From an uncultured Chloroflexia bacterium (lineage in GTDB: Bacteria; Chloroflexota; Limnocylindria; Limnocylindrales; CSP1-4), in the NCBI GenBank assembly GCA_963832105.1, contig CAWHSS010000003.1, positions 280,131 through 344,130 on the forward strand: a DNA stretch of 64,000 nt, written 5' to 3'. Positions within the stretch are counted from its first letter, which is position 1; every line of letters starts with the position of its first letter. The translations under genes were made by a program, and so were the position numbers. Shown here in pieces: positions 19,009 to 27,714 of this stretch. The notes beneath the pieces were generated by a model. It saw nothing but the letters and a program-made list of their open reading frames with translations, searched no databases and was not told where the DNA came from.

Positions 19009-19839
19009 ATGGCCCGATCGCCCGCCGCCCCAGCCGACCTGCGCGCTGCCCTCCGCGTTCGTCCGGGCAAGCGCCTCAACCTCGCGAAGCTCGATCCCGC
19101 GGCGACGCACGGCTGGACGAAAGAGGCCGCGGCCGCGGAGCTCGAGACCGGGCTCGAGCGATTGACCGATCTCCAGGACCGCCTCTGGGCCGAGGGCAAG
19201 CACAAGGTCCTCGTCGTCCTCCAGGGAATCGACGCGGCCGGCAAGGACGGCACGCTCCGCCACGTCATGGGTGCGTTCAACCCGCAGGGCTGCCCGGTGA
19301 CCGCGTTCAAGGTCCCGTCGGCCGAGGAGCTGGCTCACGACTACCTCTGGCGCGTCCATCGGCGCGTCCCCGGCAAGGGCGAGATCGGCGTGTTCAACCG
19401 CTCCCACTACGAGGATGTCCTCGTCGTCCGCGTCCACGAGATCGTCCCGAAGGCCGTCTGGTCCCGCCGCTACGACCAGATCAACGCCTTCGAGGAGTTG
19501 CTCGCCGACGAGGGCACCACGATCGTCAAGTTCTTCCTCTACATCGACCGCGATGAGCAGCGCGAACGCTTCCAGGCCCGACTGGACGATCCCACGAAGC
19601 GCTGGAAGTTCCGCCTCGGCGATCTCGAGGAGCGGCGCCTCTGGAACGACTACATCGCCGCCTACGAGGACGCGCTGTCGCGCTGCTCGACGGACAAGGC
19701 GCCGTGGTACGTGATCCCATCGAACAAGAAGTGGTTCCGCAACCTCGCCGTCAGCGACATCCTGGCCGACACGCTCGACGACCTCGACCCGCGCTACCCG
19801 GAACCGACCGAGGACCTCACCGGCGTAGTGATCGACTGA
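19009..19839 (+). CDS. Polyphosphate kinase 2 (PPK2) family protein.
   Basis: 'VLVVLQGIDAAGKDGTLRHVMGAFNPQG...AHDYLWRVHRRVPGKGEIGVFNRSHYEDVL...KFFLYIDRDEQRERF...WYVIPSNKKWFRN'. Confidence 0.85.
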   Translation: MARSPAAPADLRAALRVRPGKRLNLAKLDPAATHGWTKEAAAAELETGLERLTDLQDRLWAEGKHKVLVVLQGIDAAGKDGTLRHVMGAFNPQGCPVTAFKVPSAEELAHDYLWRVHRRVPGKGEIGVFNRSHYEDVLVVRVHEIVPKAVWSRRYDQINAFEELLADEGTTIVKFFLYIDRDEQRERFQARLDDPTKRWKFRLGDLEERRLWNDYIAAYEDALSRCSTDKAPWYVIPSNKKWFRNLAVSDILADTLDDLDPRYPEPTEDLTGVVID

Positions 19840-19876
19840 CCCGGGCCCGAACGGGCTCGGGGGCGCCCAGTCAGCC

Positions 19877-20711
19877 TCAGGATCGCGAGCCGACCAGCCG
19901 GCCGACCAGGCCCCGCCAGCCAGCCTGCTGGTCGGCCGCGATCTCGATGGAATCCTTGCGGTCGGGGTCTCGCGCGACCAGCTCCTCGGCGACGGCGCGG
20001 ACGTCGGCGGCGACATTGGCATCCGGCACGTACGCGGTCACCGGGACCCCGGCCGCGGCCGCTTCGGGAACGCGGATGCTGTCGCGGATCGTCGCCTGGA
20101 ACAGGTCCCCGTCGTACGTCTCCCGGAGCCCCGCCATTACGTCTCGGGCGTGATTCGTCCGGCTGACTCGTCCGGCGACGATGCCGGTCAGGATGAGCCC
20201 CGGGTTGAGTTGCTGCCGGATCCGGGCCATCTCTTCGAGGACCGGCTCGACGCCCGATGCGTCCAGGCCGTGCGGCTGGAGCGGCAGCAACACCTCGCGG
20301 CGAGCCGCACAGCGCCGCGCTGGCCAGGTAGCCGAGCGTCGGCGGGCAATCGATGAGCACGAAGTCCCACGCCGCTGGCAGACGCTCGAGGGCTCGGATC
20401 GCACCGAGCGCGAGATCGACCTGGAGCGTGCGCTCAGCCGTGACGAGCCACGACGAGGCCGGGACGATGTCGACGCCCGCTGCCCGCGATGGCTGGACGA
20501 GGTCGATGAGGCTCTGCGTACCGAGGAACGTCTCGAAGAGCTCGCGCCCGTCCGTTGGACCGGGTCCGATCCACGACGAGGCCGATCCCTGGGGATCGAG
20601 ATCGATGACAAGGGTGCGCCGTGCGGATTCGCCGAGCGCGCCGGCGAGGCTGACGGTCGTTGCCGTCTTGCCGCAGCCCCCCTTGCGGTTGATCATCGCG
20701 ATGGTCCGCAT
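19877..20711 (-). CDS. Orphan ParA/MinD-like P-loop ATPase. There is one frameshift near 20300.
   Basis: The deviant Walker A is 'MINRKGGCGKTATT', with 'VIDLDPQGSAS' and 'FVLIDCPPTLG'. The C-terminal half continues in the frame of ORF 19877-20611. No parB or parS was recognised nearby. Confidence 0.75.
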
Positions 20712-20884
20712 TCGGCTCCTCGCCCGCGCGCTCGGCTGCCCCCGGTCAGCCGTGCGGCACCAGCCGAACGGCGTCCAATTTCGATCCTACTCCCGCATCC
20801 GGCGGAGTCCAGCCAAACGGTGCCGGGTGGCACCACCGGGATGGTTGCGACTTGGCGCGGAGCCTCGGGACCCTCGGAGGGCGG

Positions 20885-22576
20885 TCAGCCCTTCTTGCCG
20901 AACAGCGTTCCGAAGACGCCCCGGATGATGTCCTGGCCGGCCTTCGAGGTGAGGACCTTGCCGCCGGTCCGGATCGCCGTCTGGACCTGCTTGTCCCGCC
21001 GCCGCGCCTCCGCCTGGCGGACGCGTTCGAGGGATGCCTGCCGTCGCGCTTCAGCTGCCCGCTGGCGCTCGGCGGCCTTTTCGGCGGCGGCCATCGCCCG
21101 CGCCTGGCGGGCGATCTCGCGCTGCTGCTGGGCGGGCGTCATCGTGTTGAGGCCGCCGGCCGAGGTCGGGCTGACCCGGTCGCGAACGGCATCCTGGGCG
21201 GCCACGTCGACGGCCGCAGCCCGGGCCGCGGCGATGCGCGCCGAGATCATCTCGTGGGCGCTCTCGCGATCGACGGCCGTCGCGTACTTCGTCGCCAGAA
21301 GACTCGCGGCGATGCGGGCCTGCATGTCGGCCGGCGGGAGCGGCGCCATGAGCGAGTCGGGCGGCAGGACGCGCGTCGCGGCGAGCGGCGTCGGCACGCC
21401 TCGTGGCGACAGGACCGTGACGAGCGCCTCGCCGATGCCGAGCGACGTGAGCGTCTTCTCGACGTCGTAGCGCTCGGTCATCGGGAACGTCCGGGCGGTC
21501 TTGCGCAGCGCGTCGGCGTCGTCGGGCGTGAACGCCCGGAGCGCGTGCTGGATCCGGTTGCCGAGCTGGGCCAGGACGGACGACGGGACGTCGGTCGGGG
21601 CCTGGGTGACGAAGTAGACGCCGACGCCCTTCGAGCGGATGAGCCGGGCCGTCCGCTCGATCTGGTCCATGAGCGCCTCGGACGCATCGTCGAAGAGGAG
21701 ATGGGCCTCGTCGAAGAAGAAGACGAGCTTCGGCTTCGGCAGGTCGCCGGCCTCGGGCAGGTGCTCGTACAGCTGGGCGAGCATCCAGAGCATGAACGTC
21801 GAGAACATCCGGGGCTGGTCCATGACGTCCGACAGCTCGAGGATGTTGACGACGCCCTGGCCGTCGGGCGTCGTCCGGAGCAGGTCGGAGACCTGGAACT
21901 CCGGCTCCCCGAAGAACGCGTCGACGCCCTCCTGCTCGAGGACGATGATCGAGCGCAGGAGGACGCCGACCGACGCGCTCGACATCCCGCCGTACTCGTC
22001 GAGGATCGGCTTGCCCTCGTCCGACGCGAGGTACTTGAGGGTCGTCGCGAGGTCCGCGAGGTCGAGCAGCGGCAGGTGGTTGTCGTCGCAGTACTTGAAG
22101 ATCAGCGACAGGATCGAGGTCTGCGTCTCGTTGAGGTCGAGGACCTTGCCGAGCAGCAGCGGCCCGAACGACGACACGGTCGCCCGGACCTGCGCGCCGA
22201 GCAGTCCCGACAGCGAGAGCAGCTCGACCGGATGGCCGGACGGCTCGAACGTCCAGCCGAGCGACGCGACCCGCTCCTGGACCTTCGGGTTCGCCGCATC
22301 GCCCGGCGCCGCCATGCCCGAGACGTCGCCCTTGATGTCCGAGATGAAGACGGGCACCCCGGCCTTCGACAGCTCGCCGGCGAGCAGCTGGAGGGTCTTC
22401 GTCTTGCCGGTGCCGGTCGCGCCGGCGATCAACCCGTGGCGGTTCATCATCGAGAGCGCGACCTGGACCCGGGCTTCGTTGTAGAGCTCGCCCTCGAGCA
22501 TCGGGCTGCCGATGACGATGGAGGGCTCGTCGAGGGCATAGCCCGCGGTCATCTCGTCGCGGAAGGACTTGTCCAT
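20885..22576 (-). CDS. DUF853 / HerA-like helicase-domain ATPase (YjgR-like).
   Basis: The ATG at 22576 was verified. Walker A is 'GATGTGKTKTLQ' and Walker B is 'LVFFFDEAHLLF'. The tail is long, Ala/Arg/Gln-rich and coiled. The ORF is intact at 563 aa. Confidence 0.75.
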   Translation of the reverse strand: MDKSFRDEMTAGYALDEPSIVIGSPMLEGELYNEARVQVALSMMNRHGLIAGATGTGKTKTLQLLAGELSKAGVPVFISDIKGDVSGMAAPGDAANPKVQERVASLGWTFEPSGHPVELLSLSGLLGAQVRATVSSFGPLLLGKVLDLNETQTSILSLIFKYCDDNHLPLLDLADLATTLKYLASDEGKPILDEYGGMSSASVGVLLRSIIVLEQEGVDAFFGEPEFQVSDLLRTTPDGQGVVNILELSDVMDQPRMFSTFMLWMLAQLYEHLPEAGDLPKPKLVFFFDEAHLLFDDASEALMDQIERTARLIRSKGVGVYFVTQAPTDVPSSVLAQLGNRIQHALRAFTPDDADALRKTARTFPMTERYDVEKTLTSLGIGEALVTVLSPRGVPTPLAATRVLPPDSLMAPLPPADMQARIAASLLATKYATAVDRESAHEMISARIAAARAAAVDVAAQDAVRDRVSPTSAGGLNTMTPAQQQREIARQARAMAAAEKAAERQRAAEARRQASLERVRQAEARRRDKQVQTAIRTGGKVLTSKAGQDIIRGVFGTLFGKKG

Positions 22577-22670
22577 CGAATCAGGGCTCCTGATCGGGTG
22601 GCGCGTCGGGAAGATCGGAGCGTACCATCGGCTCGGTGAGAGGGTGGTTCGGGATTCAGGGGAGCACGTC

Positions 22671-23076
22671 ATGAAGATCGAAGATGTCGAGGGGATCGGG
22701 CCGACATTCGCCCAGAAGCTCCAGGCGGCCGGCGTCAACACGACCGATGATCTGCTCGATCGCGGCGGCACCAAGGCCGGCCGGGCGAGCCTTGCGTCGG
22801 CGAGCGGCCTCACCGAGACGCAGCTGCTCGAGTGGGTCAACCACGCCGACCTGATGCGGATCAACGGGGTCGGCCTCGGAGTACGCCGACCTGCTCGAAG
22901 CCGCCGGCGTCGACTCGTGCGCCGAGCTGGCGCAGCGGAACGCGGCGAACCTCGCCCAGACGTTCCAGGAGCTCGACGCCGCGCGGCCGAACTGGATTCG
23001 CCAGATCCCGTCAGAGGCGACGGTCGCGAAGTGGATCGAAGAGGCGAAGTCGATGGAGTCCGTCGTCGCCCACTGA
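22671..23076 (+). CDS. DUF4332-like small protein (tandem helix-hairpin-helix-like halves). There is one frameshift near 22870.
   Basis: The RBS AGGGGAG precedes the ATG at 22671. 'MKIEDVEGIGPTFAQKLQAAGVNTTDDLL' and, in a second frame, 'EYADLLEAAGVDSCAELAQRNAANL...' read through to the TGA at 23074-23076. The length is 3n+1. Confidence 0.55.
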
Positions 23077-23134
23077 CCGCGGCTCGCGGCTCGCCGGCTT
23101 CGCGCCGGCCGCCGGGCCGCGCGCCCCAGGCCCG

Positions 23135-23290
23135 GATTCTCGCCCCACGAGCACATGCGACGAGTTGGACCGACTTAACAGGTTCCATGGCCCGGAATCG
23201 GGCTAGATCTGCACAGTTTTCTCGCCCGGCGAGCAACACCTGCAGGCAAACGTGCCGCAAGACGTCGCATGTGCTCGCCCCGCGAGAATC
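23135..23290. repeat. Inverted-repeat-bounded intergenic element with 28-nt arms and a 100-nt spacer.
   Basis: 23135-23162 GATTCTCGCCCCACGAGCACATGCGACG matches the reverse complement of 23263-23290 at 24/28 positions. All 4 mismatches lie in the loop of the internal CTCG-N5-CGAG palindrome. Confidence 0.7.
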
Positions 23291-23316
23291 GGTGCGGCGA
23301 GGAGGGGGCGAATTCA

Positions 23317-23343
23317 AACGGCCCGCCGGGACGGCGGGCCGTT
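23317..23343 (-). terminator. Rho-independent terminator candidate for the 23378-26200 gene.
   Basis: A perfect 12-bp stem AACGGCCCGCCG-GGA-CGGCGGGCCGTT is followed on the minus strand by TTTGAATT. Confidence 0.6.
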
Positions 23344-23377
23344 GTCGTTGCGAGGGGTTGCCTCTCTGCCTCGACGG

Positions 23378-26200
23378 CTAGTCGAAGTAGCCGGAGAGGT
23401 CGAGGATGAGGTGGGTCGTCTTGCCCGGAGACGCCTTGTAGACGAACCACGACCGACCGCCCGAGTTGAGCGGCAGGGTGACGCCGTTGGCCCGGGTGTC
23501 GCCGAGCGGGAAGTTGAGGACCGACGTGGTCGGGTTCGGCTCCGAGGCTGAGCGTCGCGGAGACATACCCGGCAGCCGTCTGGCCGACGACCGTCAGGTT
23601 GCCGGTGACGGCTTCGGCGCTGAGCGGAGCACCCCAGTGGCCGGCCACGTCGAGCCGCCGCGGCGTGCTGGAGGTGAACGGTCCGGACAGACCCGACAAC
23701 GGGACGTTCCGGGTATCCATGACCCGGCCCGGGGTCAGCGGGTAGAAGAGCAGGCCCGTGGGGTCATCGATGTAAGTAGCCGGTGACGTCGAGGATGACG
23801 TGCGCCGAGCGGGCACCGGGAGCCGTCGTCTTGTAGACGATCCACAGATCGTCCTGGGAGATCGAGTGGCGCGGACGAACCCGTTCGCCCGGGTGTCGCC
23901 GAGCGGGAAGTTGAGGTTCGAGGTCGCGCGGGGTCGGAGTCGAGACCGGGGTGATCGACAGGAAGCCCGCGCCCGGTCTGGCCGACGACCGTCAGGTTGC
24001 CCGTGATCGCCACGGCCGCGGCTGGGACGTGAGCGGTACCGATCGACCAGCTCCCGCGGGACGTCCTTCTGGAACGGCCCGCTCAGCCCGATCCCGATGC
24101 CGGACCGGCTGTCGAGGGCGCGAACGGGCGTCGATCGCTTGTACTCGAGCTTCGGCCTGCCCGGCGACGAAGTAGCCGGTGACGTCGAAGATCAGGTGGG
24201 TCGTCTTGCCCGACGGGGCCTTGTAGACCGCGGCCAGCTTGCCGTCGGCCGATAGCGGGACCGTCACGTTGTTCGCCCGGTTGTCGCCGACCGGGAAGTT
24301 GATCGTCGAGCTGAGCGGGTTGGCAACGGCGGTCGGGGTGACCGACAGGTAGCCGCCGGCTGTCTGGTTGGTGACCGTCACGTTGCCGGTGACGGCGAGC
24401 GCGTCGGCCGGGATGCCGAGCTCGCCGGCTACGTGCGAAGACTCGCGGCATGTTCGCCGCAAAGGGCCCGACAGGCCCACGCCGAAGCGGTCGCGTGTCG
24501 AGGACGCGGACGGGCGTGATCGGGACGAACGTCGTGCCGCCCGTCTGGAGCTGGGTGATCTCGGTTCCCCAGTTCGGGGCGCCCAAGCTCCCGGCCTTGG
24601 CGAATTGGTTGCCCTGCCAGACGGCATTCGGGACCTGCGGGTCCTGGGCGACGCCGACGTAGTCGCCCCAGCGACTCGCCCGCATAGACCCCGGTGCCGG
24701 CCGACAGGAGGGCCCGGGCACTGATCGTGTTGTTGGCCGCGGCGGCGTCCTGATAGGCACCGTAACTGGTCGGGTAATGGCCCGCAGCCACGCCCGAGCG
24801 CGTCCAGACGACGTGCAGGTCGTCGTTCAGCGCGTACCCCACGCCACCCATGTAGAGGTCGTGGTCGTTCTGTGAGATCAGGAAGTCCTGGATGACCGTT
24901 GGCGATGCCGGGGTCGCCGTCGACAGCTCGCTGACGCGGACGCAGTCGCGGTTCTCGACGATCGCCACCGGGTGGATCGCACGGGAAGGTCGAGACGAAT
25001 GCGAGCTTGTTGTCCTTCCAGACCGCGTCGGTTGGCCGCTCGTCGACGGCGTCGTCGATCGTGTCGCGCCCCTGGCTGGATGGGGTCGGGCGGCTGCATG
25101 AACGGCACGATGATGCTCGAGAGACTGCTGTTGGTAACGGCCGTGCTGCCGTTCACGGGCGTCCCGGTGATGCGCGCGTACTCGACGTCTCCGCCGGCAT
25201 CCTCGGCGATCGCGAAGACCGTGGCGGACGTCGCCGGCGTCTGGAGCGCCGGACGCCAGGTGAAGAACGCGGTGCCCGATTGGAAGAAGTCGAGGTTGAT
25301 GTCCCCGCTGCTGGCCGTCAGCTGGGACCAGGCGAGAACATCCAGTTCGGTTCCGACGTAGGCGCCGTCGGCGTCGCAATTCCCCGTACCCGTCGAGCCC
25401 GTGAGTGCGAAGCGGTTCGCGCTCATGACGACCTTGTCGGTCGAGGTCCCGAGGCCGGGATAGTCAGGGAGCTCATCGGGGTAGTGGACCGACAGGATGC
25501 TCCAGCCGGCCGTCGGATCCGGGCCGTCGGAGATGGCGAAGTCGATGTAACCCGTCCCGATCGTGTTCTGCGGCGTGGCGAAGCAGTCGAAGCTCGCCTC
25601 GATCGCGAACCATCGGGCATGGAGGCTGTCGTAGATCACCCGCGGATCGAAGAACTCGACCTCGCCCGGGTTGTAGAACTCGTCGAGTCCGAAGAAGTCG
25701 AACATGTCGACGGTCTCAATCGTGTTGCCCGAGCGATCGCTGATGCGGAACGCCCTGTTGACGGCCTGGACGACGTGCTCCGGACCTGCGGCCACCCACG
25801 GATCCGGCGGCTCGCCGGCGGTCGCGCCCTTAGCTGCGAACGCCAATCCCGGGAAGGCGGTCGCCTGGGTGATTGCCGGATCGCCGTTCGACGTCGCCTG
25901 TTCTGGGAACGCGGGGACGGCGCCCTGGGGCGCGGCGGGTGATCGGTTGACGTCGGGCCGCTTCAGCACGGGGTCGTAGCCGGAGCCCTTGCCGGTCGCC
26001 GCCGGGAGGTTGGCGACGTCGACCTTCCGGAACGTCCGCAGCCCTGCGGTCTCGCGCGCGGGATCGGCCTTGATCCTGAGCTGACGATCCGTGGATCGGC
26101 TCTCGCGAGCCTGGACGGTGACCGTGCCCACGAGGGTCGCGGCGAGCGCCCCCAGCGTGATGAGCGTGACGAGGCGCGTGGCGGCCGTTCGGCGGTGCAT
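23378..26200 (-). pseudogene. Large secreted protein (~940 aa) with a signal peptide, an uncharacterised N-terminal ~550-aa region, and three copies of the same ~135-aa repeat found in 2233-5237. The frame is broken >=8 times as assembled.
   Basis: 'MHRRTAATRLVTLITLGALAATLVGTVTVQA' is the signal peptide. The body must be followed through ORFs 24878-26200, 24429-25379, 24083-24760, 23992-24627, 23735-24013, 23175-23816 and 23378-23566. The repeats end 'FDVTGYF', 'LDVTGY' and 'LDLSGYFD'. Confidence 0.55.
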
Positions 26201-26300
26201 GGGGCCCCCTGACTAGGTCTCCTCCGCCGGAAGTCATCCACCCCGGCCAAGTCGAGGATAACGGACGGCACAACCCGCGAAACGAGGAAGCCGCCGAACC

Positions 26301-27166
26301 TCAGGGTTCTTGCGCCCGCGGATACGAGCCGAGAATCCTGACCATCTGCGTCTCACCGCGGAGGGCCTCGATGGCCGCCGCGCAATCAGGATCGGCCGCA
26401 TCCGCGTCGACGTCCACCCAGAACAAGTACTCCCATCGCGTGCTCCGCGTCGGGCGGGACTCGAGGCGCGAGAGATTGACCCCGCGCGCAGCGAACGTCC
26501 CCGAGACAGCGGTGGAGCGACCCGGGCACGTTTCGGACCGCGAAGACCAGGGTCGTCTGGCGCGGACCGTCCGCCGCCGTGGCCGAGGGCACGTCGAGCG
26601 ATGTCGCCCTCGCGGGCGAGGATCGCGAACCGCGTCCGGTTCTCGTCGCCGGTCTGGATGTTGTCCGCCAGGATCTCGAGGCCGTAGAGCTCGGCGACGC
26701 GCGGCGAGGCGATCGCGGCGGCGCCCCGCTCGCCGTTCTCCGCGATCATCCGGGCCGCGCCGGCCGTGTTGTAGGTCGTCATCACCTGCCAGTCCCGGGC
26801 GCGCAGGAACTCGTCGGCCTGGGCCAGCGCCTGGGCGTGGCTGTAGACGCGCTCGATCTCGTCGATCGACTGGCCGGGCAGGGCCACGAGGGCGAGTCGC
26901 ACCGGAACGCTCGTCTCGCCGACGATCCTGATCCCGTCGTCGTAGAACTCCGAGAGGAGGTCGTAGGTCTCGCGGATCGAGCCGGCGAGGGAGCTCTCGA
27001 TGGCGACGACCCCGGCCGTCGCCTCGCCGTCGCGGACCGCCTCGAACACCGACCGCCACGACGGGACGGCCCGCGTTTCCGGCTGATCGCCGAAGAACGC
27101 GTGGACCGCTTCCTCGCTGAACGCGCCGGGTTCGCCCTGGAAGGCGACGGTCAGCGCTCGAACCAC
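26301..27166 (-). CDS. pheA: Prephenate dehydratase with a C-terminal ACT domain. There are two frameshifts between ~26450 and 26600.
   Basis: 'LTVAFQGEPGAFSEEA...VVAIESSLAGSIRETYDLL...NRTRFAIL', then 'TTLVFAVRNVPGSL' and 'GVNLSRLESRPTRSTRWEYLFWVDVD' in other frames. Confidence 0.8.
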
Positions 27167-27711
27167 GCCGTGGTGTCGTGGTTCGCTTCGTCCGGATCGA
27201 GTTCCGCCCGGCGGGCCTTGGCTTCCTTCGGCTCGACCCGGGCGCGCTTGCGGTTACCGGCTTCCTCGGTCGCGCCGGCCCAGTGCTCCTCGGCGAGGAG
27301 CAGGTTGATCGCCGAGATGTACGCCTCGATCGATGCCGCGATGATGTTCGTGCTCGTCGACTGGCCCGTGTAGCGGCCCTCGCCCCGGGCACCGCCGGCC
27401 GCCGACGGCGGCGCGATCGTCACCGTGACCCGGCCCTCGGCGTCCGGCGCGTCGCCGAGCGCCCTGACCGCGTAGCCGTGGAGCCGGGGATGGCCCGTGA
27501 GGACGCCGGCGAGCGCCCCGTCCACTGCCCGGAACAGCGCGTCGATGGCGCCGTTGCCCTCGGCGGACGCCTCCCACTGGTGATCACCCGACGCGATCAC
27601 GACGGCGCCGCGGCTGTTGACGTTCGAACCCGAGGTCACCGTCCAGCGCGCCAGGTGGAGCGTCGGCGCCTCGGCGGAGCGTTCGCCCGTCGTCTTGGTC
27701 GTGGCTGACAT
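27151..27711 (-). CDS. Free-standing LeuA allosteric/dimerisation (LeuA_dimer-like) domain protein with a charged C-terminal tail (186 aa).
   Basis: 'WTVTSGSNVNSRGAVVIASGDHQWEASAEGNGAIDALFRAVDGAL...LHGYAVRALGDAPDAEGRVTVTI...GQSTSTNIIAASIEAYISAINLL' mirrors the C-terminal regulatory domains of the LeuA and CimA proteins encoded just upstream. There is no catalytic TIM-barrel part. The ORF is intact. Confidence 0.7.
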   Translation of the reverse strand: MSATTKTTGERSAEAPTLHLARWTVTSGSNVNSRGAVVIASGDHQWEASAEGNGAIDALFRAVDGALAGVLTGHPRLHGYAVRALGDAPDAEGRVTVTIAPPSAAGGARGEGRYTGQSTSTNIIAASIEAYISAINLLLAEEHWAGATEEAGNRKRARVEPKEAKARRAELDPDEANHDTTAWFER

Positions 27712-27714
27712 TCG

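Noticed and set aside
19877-23076. An orphan ParA, a DUF853/HerA-like ATPase and DUF4332 were considered as a possible defence or partition module.
   Set aside because: No nuclease, ParB, centromere-like repeat array, methylase or other partner is adjacent. The genes are not translationally coupled (173-nt and 94-nt gaps, mixed orientation). DUF853 proteins occur widely as stand-alone chromosomal genes. I cannot support a system call.
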